Shown in pieces: positions 1 to 12,523 of a stretch of DNA of 60,000 nucleotides. This DNA is from Malacoraja senta. Its lineage: Eukaryota. The position numbers and the translations under genes were made by a program. The notes beneath the pieces are model-generated. The model saw only the letters and a list, made by a program, of their open reading frames with translations, ran no database searches and had not been told where the DNA came from. The stretch is taken from positions 870,001 through 930,000 of the forward strand of contig CM075998.1 in the NCBI GenBank assembly GCA_038087875.1, written 5' to 3'. Numbering within the stretch: the stretch's first letter is position 1; every line of letters begins with the position of its first letter.

Positions 1-853
1 TGGCACTCTTGCTGTTGATGTGGAATGTGTCATCCTGCCTCCATGTTCCCTCTCCCGCAGTAATTGCCTTACTGACAAATAAGAGATGGATTTCTACCCG
101 AGCGATTAACATTGAGCAACTTATCTTCTCCCCCCACCCTCTCCCCTCGCCCTCCAGCCCACCCCCACACCGAACCCTCTCGCTTCTCAGCACCCTCGTC
201 TGCACTCCTGTCATCCCGAGGTCACGACGGAGCACAGGAGCGTTTTTAATGAGGGGTTTGAAGGATACGGGAAGGGGAACAACCACTAATGCAAGACACC
301 ATTATACTCCAAGGCTGGAAAGGGGGAACGGGGATTCCAGTCCACATTTTGCAGAGGACCCTCGCTGAGCCGTTCAGACCCGAATCAATGTGAATTCTCA
401 ATGTATACTCTGGTGTCTTCATTATCTCATCAAGCTGCTTGATCCGAGAAGTGTTGAAAGGATTTCAGTGGTTTATTCCACAGAACTAGGGCTTGCTTGG
501 TTTTTTTCTTGCCTCTTCCTCCTCCCACCCCTAAGCCTTGTAATGGTTTTATATCATTTTTTCTCCCCGTTCAGTATTTCCTCCACTTCCTTTTGGCACC
601 TGAAATGTAAATAGGAATATGTCCGGAAACCTTGGAAAGAGCACTGCAGCTGTGGTAAGGGAGGGAGCAGGGTGGGTAATGAGGATGCTTGATGCCTAGG
701 ATGATCTCTGTTCTGCAGCGCAAGGCATGCATCCTTTTGTATTGCACCGTGGATTCCAAGAAATCTAGCCCATAGAATTATAGTCCGGATGGGTGGTCTG
801 TGTTGGAGCCATGAACCTTTCGGAGCCCTGTGCTACCTTCGTACTCTGAACTC

Positions 854-2137
854 ATGAACAGTGGAGCAATCTTGCAACGAAGGACTACTTTTCATATCTC
901 TCTCACACTTGTGAAATTCGAGCCTCTGAGCGATGGAGGCAGTGGGAGTGAGACTCGCCAGAGGGACAAAGCCACCCCATCTGAAGAGGAACCTGGAGCG
1001 GCGGAAGCTGCAGAGGAGGTCTCTTTATTGCATGACCAGGGTGCCTCCGGCCGCGCGCCCCGAAACGCACGGTTAAAAACCGTCCAGAATGCGGAGGCAA
1101 TTCAACCGGGAACAATAGGCGGCAAGTTCATTATTGGACCTGAAGGTAAAGCACCATTGGATTTCGGACCAGCTCAGAGTGAAGAGGACGAATTTCCAGG
1201 CAAAGCACACCTTCAACCGCCGACAAAATCTGTGAGTACATCTGAAAATGTTGAATTGTCGCCTCCTTGTGCACTCCGCGGCCAGCCCGCAGCCCTTCGC
1301 ACGCAGACCGATGCCAAGAGCGCGAATGAGGGGACGCAAGATGCCCAGTTGTGTGCCAGTCCTCTACTGAGGAGAGTTTCGCCCTTCCCTTGGTTTCTAG
1401 GACTAGCCGTGGCAAAGCACAGACTGAGGCGGAGCCTCGCAAAGTACCAGAGGAGGAAGGAGCCTTGAAAGATCAAACCGAGAGAGTCGTGAGCTCCTGT
1501 ATCCTCCCAGAGCGCGACTTGACAGGTAAACATCCAGACACCCAGGTGGAGACAAAGACTGGAGTTGAGAGTGGTCTGCCACTCGAGAAAGTTGTGACTG
1601 TCCCTCAACACACAGAGAAAGACTACGTCAAACTTAAACCCCAGTCCTTGCCCGTCATTGCTGAGAAGAGCCCGGGTGTAATGAGAAGCCCCAGTGGCAA
1701 CCAGGGTAAAACAGAGCCCAAAACCTCAGGGAGAAGAGAGAAGCCGGTCCGGCAGACCAACCGCCTGTCCTGGCAAGAGAGTGAAATGAAGGTGAAAATC
1801 CAAGTGAGCAGCAAGAAGTATCCACGAGTGGAGAGCTTGGGAAGTGCCGGTGAGATGCTGCACAGGAGAGTGGGCCAGACTGCGGCTGAACAAGGGAGAG
1901 GGAAGAGCAGGACCTTGGATAACAGTGACATCCACACTCTTTCCGAAGAGCTCGAGCAGGGTCACGACATCCCAACCCCAGAAAAAACAAAGTCGGGTGC
2001 ACGGGATCGCAAGATGCTGAAGTTTATCAGCGGGATCTTCACAAAGAGCATCGGCTCTGTGTCTCTCTCGTCTGCCAGTGGTGGATTAACTCCAAAGGAT
2101 TTTGCTCCAGGTGCCAAAGGTCCTTCCCCAAGCCCAA
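854..2137 (+). CDS. AGAP2: AGAP2 (PIKE-L type) long first coding exon, interrupted by an apparent 1-nt frameshift at about 1330-1333
   Basis: ATG at 854 gives MNSGAILQRRTTFHISLTLVKFE, matching the recalled human PIKE-L start ([20 protein letters not shown]). A second frame (open from 1330) carries RLSWQESE, GKSRTLDNSDIH and RDRKMLKFISGIFTKS, all PIKE-L motifs. Donor A|GTAAGC at 2137/2138 is phase 1; joined to the next exon it gives SPK-AFVSSQEW, like human SPKAVINSQEW. Confidence 0.88.
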
Positions 2138-2727
2138 GTAAGCACAAACTTAGCTCAAACTACTTGTGAATTTGTTTGTTAATATTTGTCCTGCTTCCCA
2201 AAGAAGAAAGGCAAGGTAGCCCGGCGTTAGTTGTCTTCCAGGGTTGCTCCAGTCAGTGGAACCATGCTCCAAGTCAAGAGTTGGTTCCATCTCATCTCAG
2301 TGTGTTGTCCTCGACAACTGTCTTCTTGCATGTTCACACTGACTGGCTGGAGGTCACTGGGACACTGTTAGACGTGTGAATCCAGGCCAGAGTAGCTTCA
2401 TGCACATGACCTCACTAGTATTGTTTTATTTCCCCAATTCCAAAGGTGATTAGGACGACCGTAAAGCCCTGAGTGCAATCGCTCGCTAACTCTGCACGGT
2501 CAGCCAGTTAAAGAGCCACTCCACGCACCCTGTTACACATGTGACCCCAGTCCCACCTGGTTGACACTTTGTGTTCCCAGTGATGCTCAGAGATGGGCAG
2601 TAAATGCGGCCATTGTGACCGTCACCCTCAACAAAGTGAACACCGTTCACATGAAAAATGGCCTTGTTTCCATGCCCGCAGGAGAGGTGGTGGTTTGATG
2701 TTGGTGTTTGAGATGAGATGGATGAGG

Positions 2728-2820
2728 CGGGGGTGGTGGGGCAGGGGTGGTGGGGCAGGGGTGACGGGGCGGGGGTGACGGGGCGGGGGTGGTGGGGCGG
2801 GGGTGACGGGGCGTGGGTGA
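2728..2820 (+). repeat. G-rich 14-bp tandem repeat (GGGGTG[GT/AC]GGGGC[A/G]), about 6 copies
   Basis: Directly visible; dense G4/G5 runs. Confidence 0.9.
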
Positions 2821-3173
2821 TGAGAATAGACCACTTCCAACAATGAAAGTGCCAAGTGAGAGGCCACGGATATCAAAAACTGTGATTTGAGGCAGAGGAT
2901 GCAAAGCTTGTTTTAACGTTGGTGGTTAGGCATGGGATGCAGATTGTGAAACAGAAACTACATTAATATACAAAGCAAAACACAAAGTGCTGGAGAAACT
3001 CAGCGGGTCAGGCAGCATCTGGGGAGTTGTACCAGCGTGTTGAGTCTCATTGTCTGTAACTCATTTCCACCTAATCCTCAGCTGACAATGGCCTGTTTCC
3101 TTTATCATTGTTACTTTGCATATCTTTCATTCACCGTCAATATCTCTCATTTTCCTGTCCCCTGACTCTCAGT

Positions 3174-3204
3174 CTGAAGAAGGGTCTCGACCCGAAACAT
3201 CACC
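3174..3204 (+). ncRNA. Minimal hammerhead-ribozyme-like motif
   Basis: CTGAAGA-A-GGGTCTCGACCC-GAAACATC-ACC; a second, more degenerate copy follows at 3306-3332. Confidence 0.55.
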
Positions 3205-3761
3205 TGTTCCCTCTCTCCAGAGATGCTGCCTGACTCGCTGAGTTACTCCAGCTTTTTGTGTCTATCAAGGGAGGGAGTGGACAGGTGACGTTTCGGGTCT
3301 CCAGTCTGAAGAAGGGTCCCCACCCGAAACGTTGAATTACTCCAGCGCTTTGTGTTATGCTCGAGCCGCTGGTTCGATCAATTTGGGAGGTCAGTCAACA
3401 CCCTATCAAACCACCATGAGAGTTCCCAGCTCTGCATCAACCCAGTGGGGCTGTGGGTCAAACAAGTGATCGACTCGTCTCCACAGCTGACTTGCCAACT
3501 CTTTCCCCGACACTCGTTCGCTGGTGGGGAAAGCCTCTGACAATGCACCCCTTAAAGTTGTTGTTAACCAGTGGGTCACAAAGAAGCGGACTGAAAAATT
3601 GTTTCGGCTTTGGAGTTGGGAGAAATAAGGTCTACTGAGCGCAGGGTCAGTTGTACTGCGGTTACTACTGGACTAGCCATCGCCAGAGATCTGGATCAAG
3701 CTCTAAGATCCAATCCACCACGGCAGCTGAGGAATTAAATTCCACTCACTGTTGCCAGTCT

Positions 3762-4020
3762 CAAGTCAACTTTATTTCTATAGCACATTTAAAAACAACT
3801 CTCGTTGACCAAAGTGCTTTACATTAGTGCAGGTACTAACTTGCTACAATTAGTGTACATAGATGAACAATACATAAATACATACAGTGCTCCCTCAGAG
3901 GACCTCGAGAAAGGCTTGAGAGTAGAAATATGTTTTAAGTCTAGACTTAAAAGAGTTGATGGAGGGGGCAGTTCTGATGGGAAGAGGGATGCTGTTCCAT
4001 AGTCTAGGAGCTGCAACTGC
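3762..4020 (-). mobile_element. L2-like LINE 3' end
   Basis: Minus strand TGTAAAGCACTTTG...GTGCTATAGAAATAAAG(TTGAC)n tail and a WNSIP-like ORF end. Confidence 0.65.
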
Positions 4021-5150
4021 CCATGAAACTGCTGGAATGTTGCCAATAGCTGCCTAGTGTACCTGGTCTGGTGACTCTATATGTGACTCCAGACCAACTA
4101 ATATGATTGGCCATAATTGCCTCTTCTGCTCAGAGTTCAATCCCAATCCAGGGTTGGGATTGAACCCGGGTCTCTGGCGCTGTGAGGCAGCAGCTCTACC
4201 CGCTGCACCGCTGCCACAGTAGCTTGTGGGAAGCTCTGATAGTGTGGAATGTGGATAATTCCCCCAACTGTTTGTATAAAACTGCGCTGTAAATCCAATG
4301 ACACCGTCCTAGACAATATTCCATGTCTGGACGGCCATCTCATCAATGCATGAATCCTTGTACTCTGGACACTAGCTGTCACGTTTAGCCGTAGCTGAAG
4401 ATATAATGGATGGGTGTCAAATGAAGAGGTGATCAGGTCTGTGACATGGTGCCCCTACAGTTGAACAACTGTCATTCACCATCTCATCTCAGCGTGTTGT
4501 CACCTGAACCAGGGGCCACAAAGTGACTTGTGTTCCCTTATGTTTCTTAAACACCAGTGGATGAGAAGTACCACAGAGCACATCATGCGGCAATACAGCG
4601 CAGGAGGCCACTCAGCCCATCGTGCCTGTGCTGGCTCGATGAAAGAATGGGCCAATTACTCCCTCATTCTGCGATGCCAATCAAAACTTTCCCGTCTGCC
4701 CACTTGCTGTTTGGAAGCTCCTTTTAAATCTGTGGTGCCCATCTTTGCAGACAGCATGTCCGGTTGCTGATTACATGAAAAACAAAGGGGTCGGGCAGCA
4801 TCTGCGGAGGGAATGGACAGGACGACGTCTCGGGTCGGGACGTTTCAGGGGACAGAAAGCTGGAAATGAGGTGGAGGTGAAACAAAGCCTTCCAAGTGAT
4901 AGGTGGATACAGGGGGCGGGGGGTTGGACGGGCAGATGTGTGGAGTAAGTGACAAAGGAGACAAACGGGTGTCAGATAAGGAGAGGAGTGCAGTGTAAGG
5001 CCAGAGGAAGGGATATAGGGGGGAGGTGAAAGGGTAATGAGGGCCTCTGGCATAGGCGTTATTAGACTTTTTGGAGACACAGCGCGAAAACAGGCCCTTC
5101 AGCCCACAGCATCTGCACTGACCAGCGATCATTTGTAATTTTAGAATATG

Positions 5151-5281
5151 CTCTCTCTCTCCCTCCCTCCCCCTCTCCCTCCCCCTCTCCCTCCCCCTCT
5201 CCCCCCCTCTCCCTCCCTCTCCCTCTCCCCCCCCTCTCCCTCCCTCCCTCCCCCCCCTCTCTCCCCCCCCCTCTCTCTCCC
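5151..5281. repeat. Pure polypyrimidine (C/T) tract, about 130 bp
   Basis: Only C and T on the + strand. Confidence 0.97.
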
Positions 5282-5819
5282 TAAGTGCCATTCCTGGAAG
5301 TCAATACAAAGCCCTGACTGGAGTGAAGCTAGTGAATTATAAATGTCTGTCCACAGCTGTCAGCTTCAGAGTCATTGCAAGCTGTCTGTAGTTGCTGGCT
5401 GGTTGTGTGACAAGACTTGCTTTCTCCCACTCAGCTATCTCTGGGCTCACTGGGTTATCATCTTTGAAATGAAGTAAAGGCCAGCCCACCCATTCCATCC
5501 CTCCCCAGACAGATTACCTGATGATAATCTGGTGATAATACTAATAACCCAGAGAAAGTAGTTGACGCAGGTACAAGGTCAACATTTAAAAGACATTTGG
5601 ACGGGCAGATGGATGGGAAAGGTTGAGGGCGATATGGGCCAGACCTGGGCAATTGGTCAATGGTGCTTTTATTTCATCACATGTGCAAACACACAGTGAA
5701 ATTTATTCTCTTACATACAGCCCAGTAAAGTATTGCCACACCTAAGCACAATCTCTGCCGAATTTGCTGTAAAGCAAGCGGAAAGGCACGGTAGAAATCC
5801 AAGTCCCATTAGTCGTCTG

Positions 5820-6280
5820 TAGACAAAAATGCTGGAGAAACTCAGCGGGTGCAGCAGCATCTATGGAGCGAGGGAAATAGGCCCGAAACGAAGGAATACC
5901 AACGGTGAAATTAGCTAGACGACTTGGGTGGGGGAGAGAGAGAGAGAGAGACGGGAGAGGGAGAGAGACGGAGAGGGAGAGAGAGAGCGAATGCTGGGGT
6001 TACTTGAAGTTAGAGAAATCAATATTCATACCGCTGGGGTGTAAGCTGTCCAAGCGAAATATGAGGTGCTGTTCCTCCAATTTGCGTTTGGCCTCACTCT
6101 GACAGTGGAGGAGGCCCAGGACAGAAAGTTCAGTGTGGGAGTGGGAAGGGGAGTTAAAGTGTTTGGCAACTGGGAGATCAGGTAGGCCGAGGCGGACTGA
6201 GCGAAGGTGTTTAGACGGTCGCCCAGTCTGTGTTTGGTCTCGCCGATAGATAGGAGGCCACACCAAGAGCACCGGATTCA
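5820..6280 (-). mobile_element. Penelope-like element 3' fragment (GIY-YIG endonuclease C-terminus plus terminal repeat)
   Basis: Minus ORF 6000-6272 HLRSVR..PDLPVAKHFNSPSHSHTELSVLGLLHCQSEAKRKLEEQHLIFRLDSLHPSGMNIDFSNFK* is typical of a PLE GIY-YIG C-terminus and is followed by the GATGCTGC..CCGCTGAG repeat. Confidence 0.85.
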
Positions 6281-8381
6281 GCTATTCAGAAGCCGCTCAA
6301 TCACTTTTGACGTCTCAGCCAAGCCACTCAAGCCCTTGCATGGTGCCTGCATGTGTATGAAGTCATCTACGGAGAGAAGGAACGGGTGATGTTTCAGGTC
6401 GAGACCCGAAACCTCACCCATTCCTTCTCTCCATAGATGCTGCCTCACCCGCTGAGTTACTCCAGCTTTTTGTGTCTACCTTCGATTTTATCCAGCATCT
6501 GCAGTTCTTTCTTACAAATTCTCCCATTCCTGTTTAAGAAGGAACTGCAGATGCTGGAAAATCGAAGGTAGACATAAGTGCTGGAGAAACTCAGCGGGTG
6601 CAGCAGCATCTATGGAGCGAAGGAAATAGGCAACGTTTCGGGCCGAAACCCTGTACCTTGCCGGGCACAGCTCGGTGCTTTCAGGAGAGAAGATGGTGAG
6701 ACAGAGGAGGCAAAATGAACTGCTCTCTGCCTCGAGGCCACACTCGGTCCTCAGTGTCACCAAAGCTGGGAAACCCGTGTCGGAAGGGAACTCCAGATGC
6801 TGGTTTACACCGAAGTTAGACATCATATGCTGGAGTAACTCAGCGGGACAGGCCGCGTCTCTGGAGAAAAGGAATAGGTGATGTTTCGGGTCTTCTTTAG
6901 ACTGCGGGTCAGGGAAGAGTGGAACTAGAGGTTTCTTCTGTAGCTTTTCATCCCTGTCGTTTCCCTCTCCCTTCACCCTCAGTTTGAAGATGGGGTCTCG
7001 ACCCGAAACGTCACCTATTTCTTTTCTCCAGAGATGCAACCTGACCCGCTGAGTTGCTCCAGCATTTTGTGTCCGAAATTGGGAACTTGCCTGATGAAGA
7101 ATTGTGTGTGGGGCGCATTCCCCTCCCCCTCTGTGGTGGTGCCAAAGCTGAGTTTCTCTGCGCTGTCAGAACATGACAACACATCTCCTTTCTCAGCTGT
7201 TTGTATGTGTTATGACATTCTGTTCACTTCCTAACAATTCCCTATCTCGGTTTATGTCTCAGTGTTTATAGAAGCCCTCGGCATGGATTTCCTAGTGTAA
7301 TTTCTTCCGACATTTACCTGCCTTGCAGTGTTCACCTTTCAATAGTGCCGGGAGAGGGAGAGGGGGAGGGAGGAAAATGGGGGGGGGGTTCCAGTATTCA
7401 CCCAGTCACAAGTGCAAAGAGGAGGCAAAGAAAATACTGAGGGGTTGCCTGTGTCAGTCAGTGCTGTTAGATGCAAAAAGCTGGAGTAACTCAGCGGGTC
7501 AGGCAGCATCTCTGTGGAGAACATGGACAGGTACAAAGCGCTGGAGTAACTCAGTGGGTCAGGCAGCATCTCTGGAGAAAAAGGACCATGTGACGTTTTG
7601 GGTCGAGACCCTTCTTCAGTCAAAACGTCACCTATTTATTTCTCTCCGGAGACGCTGCCTGATCCGCTGAGTTACTCCAGCTTTTTGTGTCCATCTTCGG
7701 TTTCAACCAGCATCTGCAGTTCCTTCCTACACATCCAGCCTTCTGTCAGCCTTGCATTTTTCTGTCGGGTCCACGTTGCGGCCACAAGGAGAGTCTTTTG
7801 GAGCCGCAAACGCCTCTCTGGAAAGGGAAAGCCTCGCCTCCTTACTGGGCGGCTCGGAGGAATCGATTTGTGTCGGAGCTGCAGCGTTCGCAGCTGGGAG
7901 AGGATCTGCTTCAGCAGCAGATGTGCCAGAGGGGAGGGCAGCGAGCACTGGCGACGTTGTGAGGAGAAGCTCACCGGGCAAGCTGCTGAGCCCAGACAAC
8001 GCCAGCAAACCGCACTCAAGCACTGCCTCTCGCGCTGATGATTAATGAGATGTGTGCCTTCCAAGTTCAGCTCTACTGCCCTGCAGGGGGGAGAGGGGGG
8101 GTGCTCGGGGATGCCTTCATTGCCAACAAGTCATTTACACTTCTCTTCCCCTCTCCCAATGTAATTAAAACCTACTGCGCACAAAATAATAGGCGACAGA
8201 CAGCTGGGTGGAGGAGGCAGCAAGGAAATGATGCTGGATACTGTGACTGTAGTACACACAGCATTGTACTTCTGTTTGGCTGCTCGATACCAGCATGTAT
8301 CTTTATCTTTGGTGCTTATTAATAAATTATCTTGTAGGCACGCAGGAACTGCCAACCCTAACCCTGCATGTAAATTATCTT

Positions 8382-8598
8382 GTGTGGGAAGGAACTGCAG
8401 ATGCTGGTTTACACCGAAGATGGACACAAGAAGCTGGGGTAACTCTGCGGGACAGGCAGCGTCTCTGGAGAGAAAGAACGGGTGAAATTTCGGTTCGAGA
8501 CCCTTCTTCAGACTGGACTATCTGAAGAAGGGTCTCAACCCGACACGTCACCCATTCCTTCTCTCCAGAGACGCTGCCTGTCCCGCTGAGTTACTCCG
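8382..8598. mobile_element. Non-autonomous Penelope-derived inverted element with 12-bp TSD
   Basis: Two opposed hammerhead-like cores (about 8482-8512 minus and 8522-8552 plus), flanked by GTAAATTATCTT at 8370-8381 and 8599-8610. Confidence 0.8.
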
Positions 8599-8857
8599 GT
8601 AAATTATCTTATTGTTTATAAGGACAAATATTTCTGGGAATATTCAGCGGGTTAGGCAGCATCTGTAGAGAGAGAGAGAGAGAGAGAGAGAAAATGCTGT
8701 TGGTGACTTTCCATCAGAATGGGTTTTAGTTCTCCAGCAGCCATGGCCTCTTGCATTTCTTTGATATCAAGTTGTTGAAATCACACTTGAGGACACTTCT
8801 AAATGGAAGTCATTGTCTGGACAGTCATTCATCTCTCTCCACAACTTGAGTGGGAGG

Positions 8858-9170
8858 TTTAGTTTTAGTTTCAAGACACAGCATGGAAACAGGCCCTTCA
8901 GCCCAACAAATCCATGTCGACCATCGATCACTAGTTCTACGTTATCTCACTTTCTCATCCACTCCCTACACACTAGGGGCAATTTACAGAGTGCAATTAA
9001 CCTACAAACCTGGACGTCTTTGGAATGTGGGAGGAAACCGGGAGCACCCGGAGGAAACCCGGAGGGAGAACGTGCAAACTCCACACAGACAGCGCCCCGA
9101 GGTCAGGATTGAACCCGGGTCTCTGGTGCTGTGAGGCAGCGGCTCTACCATCTGTGCCACTGCGCCACCC
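8858..9170 (-). mobile_element. HE1-type V-SINE
   Basis: Reverse complement of the same SINE from head to tail. Confidence 0.85.
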
Positions 9171-9557
9171 TCAACGTTTTACCCGAACATTGTGCTAACA
9201 TTGACCATAAGAGAAGAGAGCTGCAATCTGGGATGCTCCATCTTGAAACACATTTCACAAGAAGTGCTTACAATGCGTCATTAATCGTGTACGGGCTCAG
9301 AGAAAGAACATACAAATTCAGGGACTGTGTGTTCAGGGTGTTTGCCTTCTCACGGGGATGGTTGTGAAGAGCAGTCTCCTGCCCATATTTATCCCTTAAT
9401 AAGTATCACTTTTTGGTCGTTGTCACATTGCAGTTTGTGGGAGATGACTGTGCATACATTAGCAGTTAATTTTCCAACATTTTAATGGTGACTACACTTG
9501 AAGTACGTTAGTGGCTATAAATTGCTTTGGGACATCTTAAAGGGACAAGAAATCTAA

Positions 9558-9874
9558 AGGGCCTGTCCCAGTGTAAGAGCTAATTCAAGAGTTCCCCCGA
9601 ATTTCCCCCAATTCGAACTCGGAGAATTACGGTAATAGCCGCTCGTAGGTCCTCGGGGCTCTCGTGGACATTTTTCAACATGTTGAAAAATCTTCACGAG
9701 TCTTCACGAGCTTACCGCGTTTCCCGAGTACCTGCCGTTAGCGTTACGAGCCGCTAAGAGACGTCCCGACCTCTGACGTACCCGCTACGTACATTCTACG
9801 TGCTTACCACAAGTTTGATTTTTTTTTAAACTCGGGAGAGCTCTTGAATTATCTCGTACAGTGGGCCAGCCCCT
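9558..9874. mobile_element. MITE, PIF/Harbinger-like (TAA TSD)
   Basis: taa|AGGGCCTGTCCCA...TGGGCCAGCCCCT|taa; imperfect TIRs; internal palindrome TTTTTCAACATGTTGAAAAA; homologous to 14056-14375. Confidence 0.8.
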
Positions 9875-11977
9875 TAAGTGTCTCTCTCTCTCTCTCTCTC
9901 TCTTATCTCTCTCCCCACTCAAGTGGAGGGGCGAGGGTGAAGGAAGTATTGTCACAGCAATGTAGCACAAACTCTTCAGCCGTGCTCTCTTTCAATGTGG
10001 CTCACTGGGGGAAGTTACCTTCTTACCATGCCTCCAGCACGTGCAGGCATGTATTTTGAACCCTACGATTCAAACGAGTCACCCGTTGGAGACACATCAA
10101 ACTGCAGATGCTGGAATCTTGAGAAAAACGCAGGGTGCTGGAGGAACTTGGCGGGTCAGGCTGAATCTGTGGAGGGAATGGACAAGACGACCTTTTGGGT
10201 CGGGACCCTGCTTTGAACCGAAGAAGGGTCCCGACTCGAAACATCACCTGAACATTTCCTCCAGAAATGCTGGGGAAAGCCTGTCAAAATGTACCCCTTA
10301 AAGTTGCTAGCCAGTGGCTCACAGAGAAGCTGACTGAAAAATGTTTTTGTGGGGAAATGAGGTCTCTAAAATGTGAGAAGTGATATGAAACCATCGAAGT
10401 GGAAGATAGGTTCTTGGAGAAACCCTAGTAGTTCTTCCATAAGTGAGGGGACTGTCTGAACCCCATGGATAATAATTGACTTTGTCGTTGGAAATGATGC
10501 GCTACAATGCTGAGAAGTATATGTTGCACGGCTCTGTATCTGCTCCTTCCTCTAGCAATTGTACTTGGGTTTGAGAGAGAGAAACAAAGAACTGCAGGTG
10601 ATGATTTACAACAACAAAAAAGACACAGAGTGCTGGACTAACTCAACGGGTCACGGCATCATCTCTGGAGAACGTGGATAGGTGGCGTTTCAGGTCGGGA
10701 CTGCAGGAGGGTCCTGATCCAAAACGCCACCTATCCATGTTCTCCAGAGATGCTGTCGGACCCGCTGAGTTACTCCAGCACTTGGTGTCTTTTTATGGTA
10801 CTCGAGTTTGATATGATTGTGTTTGTGTATCCTATTATCTGAACTGACTGGATAGCATGCAAGGCAACGCGTTTTCACTGTACTTCGGTACACATGACAA
10901 TAATGAACCTAAACCCAGTGTGAGCGCTCGGCTGTCCCTTGTGTTGCGCAGCACGGCACGAAAATCTGATTCGTAAGACTTGAGTAAGTTCATTTAATAT
11001 AAAATAGCAGCTCGGGCATGGTGACGCCACGGATTTGAGATGAATCGAGCACTGCTCTGCTTATTCAAGACCTTGCAGCTGTCATCAGCTAGAAAGAGGG
11101 GGCTGAGAAAGAAGAAAGCTTTTTCTGTGCAGGGCGAAGTGTGTGTGTGTTTCTTAAAATCAGCTCAGACCAGAATGATGTGAAATAGATTATGTTGTGC
11201 ATCTCGTTGACTGAATGATCCAATTGTGGTGGTCAGCCTTTATCTAAAAATAAAATGGTCCCCCTATTTTCCACTGAGGAGCAGTGTTTGTGGGGAGGCC
11301 CTGGGCTGGAGGCCATTGAGTGCTATTATCCATTTGCTCAGGCTGGTAAATGAGACGATATTGTGTTGCTTTATCCAGAGGTTCACATCTGGCACGTCAG
11401 CCTTTCACTCCAGAGGGATATCTCGGTGTTACTGTTCATTCGCCGTTGCTGCCTTAGAAGATCCCTTTCCCCTTTTGTTCGATGCAAGGGAATTTATTAA
11501 AGCAAGGTGAAGATCGCTCCTTCTCCCGTGTGCTGATGCAGCAAAATAGGAAGCCACATCCGACGAGATTCTGACCTGCAGCAGCAAATCTGGCAGGAAG
11601 ACCATCCATGTTAATTAAGGAAACAATAGAAGCTCGTAATTGTCTCAACCACTCCGAACTCAAGGCAAATGCTTTTTTAAATCCTTTCTCTCCTGCCCTT
11701 GCTTCACTCGTGCTCAGCAGCTGTTGTTGATTTGCTTGAAAAGCCATTCTAGTCCCAGATATTCAGTTCAAACTATTTAACTGTGAAGGCATCAGGCAAA
11801 TGTTAATCAGTAATATCCCCCCCACATTCTTTACAGAAAATAATTTTAAAATTGTAGTATGATGGAGGCTGTTCAGCTCCTTGGTTCTTTGAAAGAGCAG
11901 TCATGTATAATCTTACACCTGCAGTTATTGACAATAATTATCCTGTATGTTCCTCATTTTCAAACACTTCAGCCAGT

Positions 11978-12008
11978 CTGAAGAAGGGTCCCGACCCGAA
12001 ACGTCACC
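11978..12008 (+). ncRNA. Minimal hammerhead-ribozyme-like motif in a Penelope-derived repeat
   Basis: CTGAAGA-A-GGGTC(CC)GACCC-GAAA-CGTC-ACC: CUGANGA and GAAA core boxes, stem II, palindromic ACGT in place of stem III, GUC cleavage triplet. Confidence 0.7.
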
Positions 12009-12523
12009 TATCCATGTTCTCCAGAGATGCTGCCTGACCCGCTGAGTTACTCCAGCACTCTGTGTCTTTTTTTAACCTTCCTTTCAAAATTAGACAGCAG
12101 CAATATCACAAAGCGGCATACAAGTGTTTGTGGACACAAGAAACTGCAGATGCTGGTTTACCAAAAAAACACACAAAGTGCTGGAGTAACTCGGCAGGTC
12201 AGGCAGCATCTCTGGAGAACATGGGTAGCCGACGTTTCGGGTCAGGACCCTTCTTCAGCTTTCTTCCCCTCTCCCCACCACAATCAGTCTGAAGAAGGGT
12301 CCTTATCTGAAACGTCACCTATCCATGTTCTCCGGGCAGCATCTCTGGAGAACATGTGTTTACTCTGTTCCCCTCTCAGTCAAACTGATACCCACACTGC
12401 TGTGAATGCTGAGATCGATTGGATGCTAATATATAACTTACATATAACTATCCTTAACTCACTGCATTTCTCTGGAGAAATTATCCTGCTCTTATTTTGA
12501 AAATTTGAGTTAGCTTCTGCTTT

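Noticed and set aside
1330..1468. Programmed ribosomal frameshift in AGAP2 exon 1
   Set aside because: No canonical X XXY YYZ slippery heptamer seen in the overlap; a homopolymer error is the simpler explanation.
6512..7670. Recurrent peptides such as MLPDPLSYSS / WSNSAGQAASLE in many ORFs
   Set aside because: Translations of the non-coding Penelope-derived repeat, not a protein family.
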